From an uncultured delta proteobacterium (GTDB taxonomy: Bacteria > Myxococcota_A > Polyangia > Polyangiales > JAFGIB01), in assembly GCA_963778655.1 (NCBI GenBank), contig CAVZVA010000009.1:992001-1056000 (forward strand): a stretch of 64,000 bases of DNA, in the 5' to 3' direction. The position numbers were made by a program, and so were the translations under genes. The notes under the pieces are model-generated. The model ran no database searches. It was not told where the DNA came from and worked only from the letters and a program-made list of their open reading frames with translations. Positions 19,605 to 29,642 of this stretch are shown here, in pieces (within the stretch, counting starts at the first letter, position 1; each line of letters begins with the position of its first letter).

Positions 19605-20366
19605 GGGCAGGCTCCTGGCAGTCTAGGGGTCCGCCATGGGGCGAGTGCGGGTGCGAGGGCGCACACCTCACGGTCCGGGCTCCGGCCACTGCGGAGGCGG
19701 GATTGCTCGGAGCAGAACAGCGTTGGCGATGAGGTTGGAAGCGGTGTTGCCACGTGCTTCATCCAGGGCCGGCGAAGAGACCGCGAGCGACAAGTCATTA
19801 TACGCACACTGGGCTCGCTGCGGAACCTAGAGACTGGCTGCCCGTCCGCAGCGCCAGGGATCTTGAATTTCTCCGACGGGTGAATTTCGAGCGCGCTGAG
19901 CTCAAACGCCACGGCTTGTGAAGCTCGGCCTATCCTGCTGTATCTCGAGGTCCGCCACGCAGCAAGGCCAAGATCGCTCGTGAGCCGGCCGGAGCCGGGG
20001 TCTCCATATACAGCTAGGACGGGCAGCCGACGCGAGCTGGTCAGCTCGCTCCGACCTCGGCCGCATTTCTTGGCTGGGCCGTATCAACTTCGTGGCGGTC
20101 ACGTCTCGAATGCGTATCGCATCGGCACTTGGACGCGCGGTGCGCACGGGAGGCGCACGCCGACCCATCGGCCCGCGACCCCCTGCCCCGGGAGCGCTCC
20201 ATAGCGCTCAAAAGCGCACAAGGTGCGCAACCCGGAGCAGAAAGCACCCCCGGGCGCTTCACCGCCATGATGACGGTCTAAGCTCCGCGCCGCCGCGGGT
20301 CGGTCGCTTTGCGGCGCAGCCGTGGACATGCGCGCGGCCGGTTTCCGCGGTCGGCTCCCGCTCCAC

Positions 20367-22592
20367 TCAGCTCCGTTCGGGTAGCCTCAGCGCGATTCGG
20401 CGCAACAGTCGCGTGCCGGCGGGCAGGCAGTAGGCGTCGACCGCGACGGCGATCACCGCAGCGATGCCCGGCACGATCAGCCCGGCGGCGGCTGCGGCCA
20501 CGACCAGCGCGAAGGCCGCGCCGGCGACCCCGGCCGCGCGCCAGGCGCTGTCGCGGGCCGCGCGCGCGATGAACAGGGCCGCGGCGGCGTCGCGCACATC
20601 GTCGCTGACCAGCGCCACCGCATGCTCGGTCGCGGCTCCGCCCGCGGCCGCGAGCACGATCGCGGCGTCGGCCGCGGCCAGCGCGGAGTCGTCCTCGCCC
20701 GGCCGTCCCAGGGCGACCACGGTGCCGCCGGCGTCGCGCAGGCTGCGCACCTCGTGGCCGCGCTCCTCGGGCAGCAGCTCGGCCTTGACGTGCTCGATGT
20801 CGAGCCCGGCGCCCAGCGCCTGCACCGCGCCGCGCTGATCGCCGGTCAGCAGCACCACCTCGAGCCCCAGGTCGTACATGCGCTGCACGGCCGGACGCGC
20901 GCCTACGCGCGGCTCGTAGTGCAGCGTCATCACCGCACGCACGCGCCCGTCGAGCGCGATGAAGATCGGCGTGCGCTCGCTGGCCTCGGCGCGCGCGGCC
21001 TCTGCGTCCGCCGCCGCCACGCTCACGCCTTCCTCGAGCAGCAGCCGCCGGCTGCCGATCACCAGCGGCTGGCCCTGGGGCGAGATCGCGGTCACGCCCT
21101 TGCCGGGGTGGTGCACCGGCCGCCGCACCTCGAGATCGGGCAGGCCGCGCTCGCCGGAGAAGCGCTCGAGCGCGCGCGCGATCGGGTGGTTTCCGGTCGC
21201 GCGCTCGGCCGCGGTCGCGACCGCGATCAGCGCGTCGCTGTCGACCAAGTCGAGCGCGTGCAGCTCCACCACCTCCGGGCGGCTTTCGGTCAGCACGCCG
21301 TGCGGCGACATCGCGACCACGCTGGCGCGCCCGGCCGCGTCCAGCGCGCCGGCGCTGTGGAACACGATGCCGCGCGCAGCGGCCATGGCAGCGGCGGCGC
21401 GCAGCGGCGCCTCGGCCGCGCGCCGCAGCGAGAGCAGCGGTGCGGCCAGCAGCACCGAGGCGGCAGCGGCGAGCGGCGAGGCCGGGCCGAGCAGCGCGAC
21501 CGCGAGCGCCAGCGCCAGCGTCGCCACGCCGCCCCACTGCGCGACCGCGGCCGACAGCCGCGAGAGCGGCGCTCCATCGCGCTGGTGGCGGTCGCCGAAG
21601 CGCGTGATTCGCATCAGGCTGCGGTCGTCGCCGACGCGCGAGGCCAGCACGCGCAGCCCGCCCTCGACCACGATCGCGCCCGCCAGCACGCAGTCGCCCT
21701 CGGCGCGCCGCACCGGAGCCGTCGCGCCGGGGTAGGGCAGCACGCGCGCCTCGCCCGCCCGCACTACGCCGTCGACGGCCAGCGTCTCGCCGCGCATCGC
21801 GATCACTTCCTCGCCTGTGCGGATGCTCTCCACCTCGACCAGTTGCAGCGCCATCGCCAGCGGGTCGCTGGCGCTGGCCACCGGCACGTGCACGCGCGCC
21901 GGCAGCTTGAGCACCAGGCGGTGGACGGCGGCTTCGACCGGCTCGCGCGCCTGCTGGTCGAGCCAGGCGCGAGCCACCACCGCGAGCGCCGCCAGGGCGG
22001 CCCCTTCGAGGCCGAGCCAACCCGTGCTGCCGCTGTCGAGGCCGGCGCGCGCAGAGAGGGCGGCCAGCATCGCGCCCGCGGGCCCGAGCCCGAAGCTCAG
22101 CCAGCCGCCGCGCTTGAGCACGGGCGCGGCCGTCCACAGCGCGGCGCCCGCGGCCAGGCAGCTGCACACGGCCGAGCCGGTGGCGAGCGCAGGAGAGCCG
22201 GCGAAGAAGCCGAGCACCAGCGCCGCGCTCACACCGCCCAGGCCGAGCCACAGGCCGCGGCCCGGCTGGGCGTGCAGCGGCGGAAAGGCCAGCGGGACCA
22301 CCCGCGCGCTGCCGGTCTTGGGTGTCTGATGCAGCGTCGCTGCGCGCTGCGAGACGGGCGTCGGCGCGCGACGCTGGCGCGCTCCCAGTCGAAAGTCGCG
22401 CTCGCACTCGGCGCTGCACAGGAAGCGGTAGCCGTCCTCGAACGCCAGCACGCGCGGCGCGCGCAGCGGGTCGAGCAGCGAGCCACAGCCTTCGCACGGC
22501 TCGCTCGGCGCACGCGGGCGACTCTCGGGCGGCGAGCTCAGCGGCGGAAGCTCGCGCCCGCGGCTGTCGTCGGCTGTTTCGGGGCTGGTCAC
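20367..22592 (-). CDS. P1B-type (heavy-metal) ATPase homologue with degenerate catalytic motifs and an N-terminal YHS/TRASH-like Cys domain
   Basis: Retains GETLAVDG, HPIA, PGKGV, LLTGD, AELLPEE. DKTGT is replaced by SPHGV, TGE is absent, and GDGIND is replaced by GRPGED. Confidence 0.8.
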   Translation of the reverse strand: MTSPETADDSRGRELPPLSSPPESRPRAPSEPCEGCGSLLDPLRAPRVLAFEDGYRFLCSAECERDFRLGARQRRAPTPVSQRAATLHQTPKTGSARVVPLAFPPLHAQPGRGLWLGLGGVSAALVLGFFAGSPALATGSAVCSCLAAGAALWTAAPVLKRGGWLSFGLGPAGAMLAALSARAGLDSGSTGWLGLEGAALAALAVVARAWLDQQAREPVEAAVHRLVLKLPARVHVPVASASDPLAMALQLVEVESIRTGEEVIAMRGETLAVDGVVRAGEARVLPYPGATAPVRRAEGDCVLAGAIVVEGGLRVLASRVGDDRSLMRITRFGDRHQRDGAPLSRLSAAVAQWGGVATLALALAVALLGPASPLAAAASVLLAAPLLSLRRAAEAPLRAAAAMAAARGIVFHSAGALDAAGRASVVAMSPHGVLTESRPEVVELHALDLVDSDALIAVATAAERATGNHPIARALERFSGERGLPDLEVRRPVHHPGKGVTAISPQGQPLVIGSRRLLLEEGVSVAAADAEAARAEASERTPIFIALDGRVRAVMTLHYEPRVGARPAVQRMYDLGLEVVLLTGDQRGAVQALGAGLDIEHVKAELLPEERGHEVRSLRDAGGTVVALGRPGEDDSALAAADAAIVLAAAGGAATEHAVALVSDDVRDAAAALFIARAARDSAWRAAGVAGAAFALVVAAAAAGLIVPGIAAVIAVAVDAYCLPAGTRLLRRIALRLPERS

Positions 22593-22724
22593 CGGGTTTG
22601 CACCGCACCGCCGCCCGTGGGCTCGCGATCCCGGGCACGCCGGCGCCTGTGGGCGGCCCCGGCTGCGGCCGCAGCAGTCTTCTGGATTCCGGCCGGGGGC
22701 GCAACCGCCGCCGCGGCCCGGGCG

Positions 22725-23156
22725 TCAGTGGGTGGTGAGCGTCCAGATGCGCGCGGCCCGGCCCTGCAGGTCGAAGCCTACGATCAGCACCGGCAGCTGC
22801 CTGATCTTCGGCTCGTCGGTGTGGCCGATCTCGTAGTACCAGTCGCTGTCTTCGAAGCCGTGCTCGCTACACAGCGCAACGCGGCAGGCCTGGCCGGGGC
22901 CGAGCGCGGCGCGCACCTGGTCGCGATCGAGGTTGTGCAGGGCGCCCTCGTCGACCACGTGCGCGAGCAGCCTGCTGTTGTCGTCGCGCTCGGTCAGCGT
23001 GGAGACACGGCGGTTCATCGCGTCGCGCAGCTGTTGCCGCAGCTGCGTGGCCCGCAGCTGGCTCAGCCCTGCCCCGCACCCGACGGCCGCGAGCAGCGCG
23101 CACAGAACCAGGGCGGGCGTGGCGCGGTGCCGGCGGCGCTTTCCTTTCCAAACCAT
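22725..23156 (-). CDS. Putative lipoprotein, SmpA/BamE-like
   Basis: Signal peptide ending AVGC; DQVRAALGP..WYY..LIVGFDLQGR pattern. Confidence 0.55.
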   Translation of the reverse strand: MVWKGKRRRHRATPALVLCALLAAVGCGAGLSQLRATQLRQQLRDAMNRRVSTLTERDDNSRLLAHVVDEGALHNLDRDQVRAALGPGQACRVALCSEHGFEDSDWYYEIGHTDEPKIRQLPVLIVGFDLQGRAARIWTLTTH

Positions 23157-23203
23157 GACGCCAAAGCATGCCATGCCGCCCCAAGCCTGGCATAGTGAGC
23201 GGC

Positions 23204-25978
23204 ATGGGACCGCTCGCGCGCGCGGGGCTGATCGCAGCCGCGGTGCTGGCGTGCTTGGCCGTGCTGGGGCGGGGCGGCTGGGTTCGCGCCGCGCCGCCGG
23301 CCGCAGCCACGGCCGCCGGGCCCGGAATCGCGGAGCTGCGCGCCCGGCTCGAGCACGCGCGCGGCGCGGCCGCGGGCAAGCTCCCCGAGGGGGTGCTGCT
23401 CAGCATCGAGTACACGATCGACGTGGCCGAGCGCATCGCGCACCGCTTCGGGCCGCAAGCCGACGCCTTGCGGCTGCGCGCCGCGCGCTGGCTCGCCCAG
23501 GTCGAGGCCGGCCACGACCCGCTGGTGGCTGCGCACGGCCAGCTGCTGATGCGCGGCTACCGCTCGCCGATCTCCGAGCGCCTGCAGGGCTACGCGATCT
23601 ACACGCCGCCCGACTACGACCCGGCGCGCGCGTATCCGATGCTGATCATGCTCCACGGCGGCTCCGCCAACGGCAACCTGTTCCTGGGTGTGGTGCTCGG
23701 CAATCACATGAGCTGGAAGGCGTACCCGCAGCACCTGTGGGACGACTACCAGGCGCGCTTCACCCCGGAGTGGATCGTGGTGGCTCCGGACGGCTTCGGT
23801 CAGGTGATGTGGCGGTTCATGGGCGAGCAGGACGTGCTCGACGTGATCGACGACGTGGAGCGCAACTATCACGTCGACCAGGACCAGGTGGTGCTGGGCG
23901 GGCTGAGCAACGGCGGCGTCGGCGCCTACAACCTGGGCATGCGCTACGCCTACCGCTTCAGCCGGGTGCAGGCGATCGCCGGAGCGCCGAGCTGGCTGCA
24001 ATACAGCGGGCCCGGCATCCCCGAGGCGCAGCAGCGCGCGATGGAGCCGCTCTCCGGGATGCAGCTGATCGAAAACGCGATCGACACCGATTTCCACTAC
24101 TACCACGGGCACAAAGACACCGGGCCGATGCGCCCGCGCTACGTGGAGGAGCTGGGCAAGCTGATCCGCACGCTGGGCGTGCCCTTTCACGAGCACTGGT
24201 ACGACGCCGGGCACGACCTGCTCGGGCTGGTGGAGCGGGGCGGCAAGATCTTCGATGAGCTCGCCAAGGCGCGCCGCAACCCGCACCCGAGCGAGGTGCG
24301 GGTGGTCACCGGCGACTACCGCGCCGCGCGCCAGCACTGGGTCACCGTCACGCGCATCGACAACTACCCGGCGCTGGCGCGGGTGCGCGCGGTGGTTGAT
24401 GCCGACGCGCTGGCGATCGAAACCAAGAACACGCGAGCCCTCTCGCTCGACCTACGCGAGGCTCCGCTCGCGCCGGGCACCTCGGCGCGCATCGTGGTCG
24501 ACGGCAAGCAAGTGTACTCGGGCCCGCGCGGCGCGCTGGGCGCCGTGGTGCAGCTGGTGCGCGACGAGCACGGCTTCCGGCTCGGCGCACCTTCCGCCGC
24601 CGCCAACGCGCTGGAGAAGAAGCCGGGCAGCTGCGGCCCGATCACCGACGCTTATTACGGCGCGATGGCGCACGTCTACGGCACCGCCGGCGACCAGAAG
24701 CTGACCGCGGCGCTCAAGAAGAGCGCGGAGCGCGGGGCGCACGGCTGGCCGCTGTGGCTGTGGGGCGTCGAGCAGAAGGTGGTGGCCGACAGCGAGGTTA
24801 CCGACGCGCTGATGCGCAGCCACAACCTCGTGCTCTACGCCACGCCCGGCAGCAACCGCGTGCTCGAGCGCATCGCGCCCAACTTGCCGCTGCACATCGA
24901 CGCCGGCGGCATCGACCTGGGCGGCAAGCACTTCGAGGGTCGAGGCGTGGGAGTGAAGCTGATCTTCCCCAATCCGCTCGCGCCCGGCCGCTACGTGATC
25001 GTGCAGGCCGCGCCCACCGTGGCCGGCGTGGACGGCGGCCACAACCTGCCCGACTTCCTGCCCGACTACGTGGTCTACGATGCGCACACCACCGCCAGCC
25101 GGCCGCGGCTGGTGTTCCCGCGCGGGCAGATGCCGCTGCTCATGGGCTACTTCGACGACCACTGGCAGCTGCCGCAGAGCGTGGCGGGCGAAGGCGGGGG
25201 TGAGCAGCCGGCCGACGACGCCAAGCACCGCGAAAAGACCAAGACCGCCCTGCTGCCGGTGCCGCACTCGCCCGCGCAGCCGCCTCCACCCCCGCAGTTC
25301 GCCGCCGGCCCGCAGACGCAGGCGGGCGAGGCGGCACGCCGCATCGCGCACCTGGTCACCACCTTCAGGAACTACCGGGCCACGATCCGCGGCGCCAGCT
25401 GGCGGGTGGACCCGAAGGCGAGCTGGTCGATCCGCGACAACGAGGCGTGCTTGCAGGCGCTGCGCGAACGCGGGGTGCCGTTCAAGTCGGTTTCGCCGCA
25501 GTTGTCGACTCCGGTGCCCACGCCGGTGGAGATCACCGGGAAGGTGGGCGGCGTGGAGTTCCGCATGATGCACGCGGACCGCACCCTGCTGATGAGCTGC
25601 GAGCTGGCCGTGCGCCTGCCGGAGATCGCCGCCGTGGTCGCGACTCACGGCGTCACCCGCGTCGAGGTGATCAGCACCTACCGCGAGAAGCCGTACGTGA
25701 GCTTCCACACCATGGGCCTGGCGATCGACATCTCGCGCTTCATCACCAGCGACGGCCCGCTCAGCGTGCTGGCGGACTTCGAGCGCACGCCCGGCTACGA
25801 GACCTGCGAAGCGCCGCCGCCCAAGAGCGAGCACGCGCGCGCGCTGCTCGACATCGCCTGCAAGCTGGGCGCGAGCGGCCTGTTCTCCTCGGTGCTCACG
25901 CCCAACTACAACGCCGGCCACCGCAATCACTTCCACCTGGACACACGTCCCGACGATCCCCGCATCTTCGTGCGTTGA
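23204..25978 (+). CDS. Secreted esterase/peptidase (alpha/beta hydrolase) fused to an extensin-like C-terminal domain
   Basis: Signal peptide; LHGG, GLSNGG, HGHKD, GH; C-terminal SFHTMGLAIDI...VLTPNYNAGHRNHFHLD. Confidence 0.78.
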   Translation: MGPLARAGLIAAAVLACLAVLGRGGWVRAAPPAAATAAGPGIAELRARLEHARGAAAGKLPEGVLLSIEYTIDVAERIAHRFGPQADALRLRAARWLAQVEAGHDPLVAAHGQLLMRGYRSPISERLQGYAIYTPPDYDPARAYPMLIMLHGGSANGNLFLGVVLGNHMSWKAYPQHLWDDYQARFTPEWIVVAPDGFGQVMWRFMGEQDVLDVIDDVERNYHVDQDQVVLGGLSNGGVGAYNLGMRYAYRFSRVQAIAGAPSWLQYSGPGIPEAQQRAMEPLSGMQLIENAIDTDFHYYHGHKDTGPMRPRYVEELGKLIRTLGVPFHEHWYDAGHDLLGLVERGGKIFDELAKARRNPHPSEVRVVTGDYRAARQHWVTVTRIDNYPALARVRAVVDADALAIETKNTRALSLDLREAPLAPGTSARIVVDGKQVYSGPRGALGAVVQLVRDEHGFRLGAPSAAANALEKKPGSCGPITDAYYGAMAHVYGTAGDQKLTAALKKSAERGAHGWPLWLWGVEQKVVADSEVTDALMRSHNLVLYATPGSNRVLERIAPNLPLHIDAGGIDLGGKHFEGRGVGVKLIFPNPLAPGRYVIVQAAPTVAGVDGGHNLPDFLPDYVVYDAHTTASRPRLVFPRGQMPLLMGYFDDHWQLPQSVAGEGGGEQPADDAKHREKTKTALLPVPHSPAQPPPPPQFAAGPQTQAGEAARRIAHLVTTFRNYRATIRGASWRVDPKASWSIRDNEACLQALRERGVPFKSVSPQLSTPVPTPVEITGKVGGVEFRMMHADRTLLMSCELAVRLPEIAAVVATHGVTRVEVISTYREKPYVSFHTMGLAIDISRFITSDGPLSVLADFERTPGYETCEAPPPKSEHARALLDIACKLGASGLFSSVLTPNYNAGHRNHFHLDTRPDDPRIFVR

Positions 25979-26015
25979 GGGCGCTTGCCCCTCCCGCGAC
26001 CCCTCAGAGTCAGCG

Positions 26016-27008
26016 TCAGAACCCGATCCCCAGCGAGACCGCGGTGGTCAGCCACAGGCCGTCGAGGGCGAGCACGGGGGTGGTGCCCGCCAGGGCCTTG
26101 GCTGGCAGCGTCGCCACGCCAGCCTCCAGCTCGAAGGCGAGCCGCAGCTGCTCGGTGGCCCGGAACTCGATGCGGTTCCACCAGATCGGCCCGCCGTACG
26201 GCGCGAAGAAGTGCTCACCGGGCGTCTGGCTGCGATCGCCGGGCTCGCCTTGCATGCGCGTGAAGCCGAGCCGCCCGCCCGGGCCGGTGAAGAACGACAC
26301 GTTCTGCACCCGCACGTGCAGCGACAGCGCCAGGGCCACCGACGCGGTGACCACGCGCACCGTGCCCAGTGGCAGCTCGACCGAGGAAGTGGCGAAGTCG
26401 CCCGCGATGGTGAAGGCGAGGGTGGGCAGCGACAGGTGCACCAGGCGTGCGCCGGCTCCCAGCATCACGGCATCGTTGCCCGACCAGACCTGCAGCGTGA
26501 ACGCGGCCGAAAGACTCTCCTTGCCCGTGCTCGAGGGCTGCGCAAGCGCGTTGCGCCGCGCCACGACGCGCTCGGCCAGCGCGCGCGCAGCTGGGCTGGG
26601 CTGGGGGCCTACCGGCTCGACCACGTGCGTGGGTTGTACGCGCAGCTCGATCCAGCTGGCGACCACGAACTCCGCGATCGCGAGCGCCAGCAGCCGCGTG
26701 CTCGACGCATCCTTGAACGAGGAGGCCGGCAGCACGCGCGCCATGGACTTGCGCGTGACCCCGTCTTCCAGGTGCAGCTCGACGCCGCGGTCGCTGCAGT
26801 TGACCCACACGCTGGTGGGGCTCGCGGAGACGTCGCTCTCGGCGGCCGAGGTGCCGAGCTCGATGGCCAGCAGTCGCTCGAGCTGGCTGCGGTCCACCGG
26901 CACGCACGGGTCCACGCGGACCGAGACCTGCGGCCCCTCCGCGCGCGCCCGCGCGGCTGAAAGCGCGATCAGCGCCAGCGCGAGCAGGCATCGGGTCGCC
27001 CAGCACAC
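26016..27008 (-). CDS. Exported hypothetical protein with a C-terminal beta-strand-rich (outer-membrane-like) region
   Basis: Signal peptide; alternating hydrophobic strands ending SLGIGF; co-oriented with ECF/FecR genes. Confidence 0.65.
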   Translation of the reverse strand: MCWATRCLLALALIALSAARARAEGPQVSVRVDPCVPVDRSQLERLLAIELGTSAAESDVSASPTSVWVNCSDRGVELHLEDGVTRKSMARVLPASSFKDASSTRLLALAIAEFVVASWIELRVQPTHVVEPVGPQPSPAARALAERVVARRNALAQPSSTGKESLSAAFTLQVWSGNDAVMLGAGARLVHLSLPTLAFTIAGDFATSSVELPLGTVRVVTASVALALSLHVRVQNVSFFTGPGGRLGFTRMQGEPGDRSQTPGEHFFAPYGGPIWWNRIEFRATEQLRLAFELEAGVATLPAKALAGTTPVLALDGLWLTTAVSLGIGF

Positions 27009-27038
27009 CGGGTGCCAGGGTAGCCGCTAGCCACGCGG

Positions 27039-28256
27039 CTAATCCAGCCCGCCGTAAAGCTGCACCGCGCGCAGGCGCCGGCCGCTCGGGTACAGCCTGA
27101 GGTACTCCTGAGCCCGCGCATAGGCTAGCCGCGCGTTCCCACCCTTGGACAGCGCCTCGACCTCGCGCGCCAGCGCGTCCTGGGCCAGCGAGCCGGTCGG
27201 CGCCAGCCGGCGCGCGGTCCCGAACGCCCGGGCCGCGCGATCGGGTTGTCCGAGCCGATCCAGGTACACCCGCCCCAGCGTGAACGCGGCCAGCGGCGCG
27301 ATCGGGCTGTGCTGGTGGCTGCGGACCACCCGCGCCAGGTATTGCACCGCGTCCTGCGCGTGGCCGCTCAGGCGTGCTGCATCGGCCGCGTCCATCAGCG
27401 CCGCAGGATCGTCCTCCACCGGGCTGCTCCTGCGCAGCGACTCGAAGGCCGCGTCGTACTGGCCGCTCTGGCTCAAGCTGCGCCAGCTCGCAGCTGCACC
27501 GCCATGCCTGGCGTTCGTCGCGTGCGCATGACGCCGCGCCCGCTCCGCGCGCTCGGCGCTCAGCTCCGCGGCCGTGTCCTCGTCGCCCGCGGGCGATTCT
27601 TCCTCGAAGGGGGCCGGCGCCGCGGCCGCAGCCGCAGGCATCTCGCTCGCCGCGCTGCGCGCGAAGTGCTTGATCTGCCCCGCAACCAGATCTTCGGCGC
27701 CTTGCGGGCCGTACACCCGCACCTTGCCTCGCCCGACGCTGACTGCGACCTCGCGCGCATCGCGCTCGACGTCGAAGATCGTGCCGATCACCTCGACCCG
27801 ATACGGCTGCGCCTCGACCACGAAGCTGCGCATCGGGTCGTGCACCGCCTCGAAGTGCGCGCGCCCGGAAACCAGCCGCAGCGCGATCCGGTCGCGCGTG
27901 TTGTCGAGCACCTCGAGCTCGCTGTGCTCGCCCACCAGCTCGGTGCGCGAGCCGTCCGCGAGCCGCAGCGTGTGCCCGCTGTGCACCTTGTCGCTGGCCA
28001 GCGCCGCCTGTGCCTTGCCGCCGGCGGCCCGCGCGCCGGCCGCGCGCGCGCTCGGATCCGGTGCGCCGCGCCGCAAGCCGACCAGCAACACCGCGGCCGC
28101 CGCCAGCACCCCGAGCGTCCCCAGCGCCGCGCGCCGGCGGGCGCGCCGCGGGCCGAACGCGCGCGCGCCTGCGAACAGCCGCGCGCTGCGCTCTGCCGAC
28201 CACTGCGGCGTGAGCTCCTGGCGCGCCAGGTCGAGATCTCGTGCGAGCCTATCCAT
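27039..28256 (-). CDS. FecR-domain anti-sigma factor with C-terminal TPR
   Basis: One TM helix, LRLADGS, LVSGRAHFEA, VEVIGTIFDV, VGRGKVRV; TPR-like tail YLRLYPSGR. Confidence 0.87.
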   Translation of the reverse strand: MDRLARDLDLARQELTPQWSAERSARLFAGARAFGPRRARRRAALGTLGVLAAAAVLLVGLRRGAPDPSARAAGARAAGGKAQAALASDKVHSGHTLRLADGSRTELVGEHSELEVLDNTRDRIALRLVSGRAHFEAVHDPMRSFVVEAQPYRVEVIGTIFDVERDAREVAVSVGRGKVRVYGPQGAEDLVAGQIKHFARSAASEMPAAAAAAPAPFEEESPAGDEDTAAELSAERAERARRHAHATNARHGGAAASWRSLSQSGQYDAAFESLRRSSPVEDDPAALMDAADAARLSGHAQDAVQYLARVVRSHQHSPIAPLAAFTLGRVYLDRLGQPDRAARAFGTARRLAPTGSLAQDALAREVEALSKGGNARLAYARAQEYLRLYPSGRRLRAVQLYGGLD

Positions 28257-28818
28257 CTTCAAGCTCCGCCTGAATGCGCGCGTGGGCTGCGGCGATGCGG
28301 CGCTTGGCCGTGGCCAGCGAGCAGCCGCAGTGCTCGGCCACCTGCTCCAGCTTCTCGCCCTCCACGTAGCGCAGCGTCCACGCCAGCCGCTGCTCCACGC
28401 CGATTTGCTCGAGCGCCTGATACACGCGGGACAACAACGCGCGTCGCTCCGGCGACATCCCTTGCTCGCGCAGCTCGAGCGGCGGTGGCAGCGTGTCGAG
28501 GCCGACGAAGCCGCGCAGCCTGCGCTTGCGCAGGTGGCGGCGGGCGGTGCGCACCGCGATGATCGCGATCCAGCTCTTGAACGCGTGCGGATCGCGCACC
28601 TGGTGGCGCTGGCGGAAGGCCGCAAAAAAGACTTCCTGGATCAAGTCGTCCACGTCTGATTCCCGCCCCAAGAGCCGCAGCCCGATGCGCGCCACGTAAG
28701 GCGCGTAGCGCTCGAACAGCGCCTGGTCCGATTCCGGCAGGGCCTGCTCGGCCTCTGGGCCCCCTTCCACTACGCGCAGGTTCGGCTTGGACACGGACCC
28801 CACCGGCTCTCCATTCAC
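28249..28818 (-). CDS. ECF RNA polymerase sigma-70 factor
   Basis: LFERYAPYV, DDLIQEVF, FKSWIAIIAVR, LEQVAEHCGCSLATAKRRI. Confidence 0.92.
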   Translation of the reverse strand: MNGEPVGSVSKPNLRVVEGGPEAEQALPESDQALFERYAPYVARIGLRLLGRESDVDDLIQEVFFAAFRQRHQVRDPHAFKSWIAIIAVRTARRHLRKRRLRGFVGLDTLPPPLELREQGMSPERRALLSRVYQALEQIGVEQRLAWTLRYVEGEKLEQVAEHCGCSLATAKRRIAAAHARIQAELEDG

Positions 28819-28940
28819 GCTAGTGGCTTAGCACGCGACAAACGGCTCATTTTCGGATGGTTGGCCGCGGTGGAAAAAAGCCCGCCCGAGAACCGTACCG
28901 TGTACGGAAATTGCGCTCGGGTTGAGCTAGGTTAAGGCCC

Positions 28941-29642
28941 ATGGCGTCCCGTGGGCCGATCCGGGCGAGGGGCTGGGCTCTGCGGGCCGGGCTGCTGCTG
29001 CTCGCGGCTGGGGCCTGCAGCGGGACCGAGCACGCGGTATTCGACCTGGGCGTGCCCATAAGCTCGGTGAACCCCCCCCAGACGCATGCCGACGCCGGGA
29101 CCGAGCCACCCCCCCCGGACGCCGGTCCGCCCCCTGAGGAGCCGTCCCCAGACGAGGACGCCGGCGTGGGTCCAGACCCGGGGCTCGACCCGACCGTGGT
29201 GTTCGACTGGCAGGAGAGCCTGCCGGGTCAGGGCACCTGCAAGGCCGGCCTTTACGTGGGCAGCTTCACCTGTACGGTCCAAGTCGACGGCGGAACCGAC
29301 TCGCAGCCGATCTATTTCGGCGCCGTCTCCTTCACCCTGGACGGCTCGCCCGAGGAGCAGCTGCTGTCGATCACGGACGGCAAGCTCTCCGGCCCGCTGT
29401 TCGGCGGGGACCTGAGCGGGCAGCTCGACTGTCTCACCAAGCACTTCACGGGCAAGACCGTCAATGGCATGGCGATCATCGGCCAGGCTGCGCAGAGCCC
29501 GCCCGGGCTGTTTCCGTCCTTCGACGCCGATCTGGATGGCTCCTTCGACGACCAGGCGCTCGTGATCGAAGGCACGATCAAGATGGTCAACGACGCCGGC
29601 CAGACCTGCGAGGGGCGCTTTCGCGCGAGCGCGACGCCATGA
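28941..29642 (+). CDS. Hypothetical lipoprotein
   Basis: Lipobox AGAC, Pro-rich linker, beta-rich domain; translationally coupled to the next gene. Confidence 0.7.
   Translation: MASRGPIRARGWALRAGLLLLAAGACSGTEHAVFDLGVPISSVNPPQTHADAGTEPPPPDAGPPPEEPSPDEDAGVGPDPGLDPTVVFDWQESLPGQGTCKAGLYVGSFTCTVQVDGGTDSQPIYFGAVSFTLDGSPEEQLLSITDGKLSGPLFGGDLSGQLDCLTKHFTGKTVNGMAIIGQAAQSPPGLFPSFDADLDGSFDDQALVIEGTIKMVNDAGQTCEGRFRASATP

Larger units (their letters stand above)
6706..20420. mobile_element. Genomic island (~13.7 kb) between the P-type ATPase-like gene and argH; no integrase seen
   Basis: Degenerate 48-bp direct repeats at 6706-6753 and 20373-20420 (39/48 identical). The cargo is accessory and looks less GC3-extreme than the flanks, judged by eye. 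Confidence 0.65.

Noticed and set aside
19605..20366. ~760-bp gap at the island's right end as a possible ncRNA or integrase remnant
   Set aside because: I recognised no RNA motif or recombinase residues, and the short ORFs there lack coding character. An Rfam or BLASTX search would be needed.
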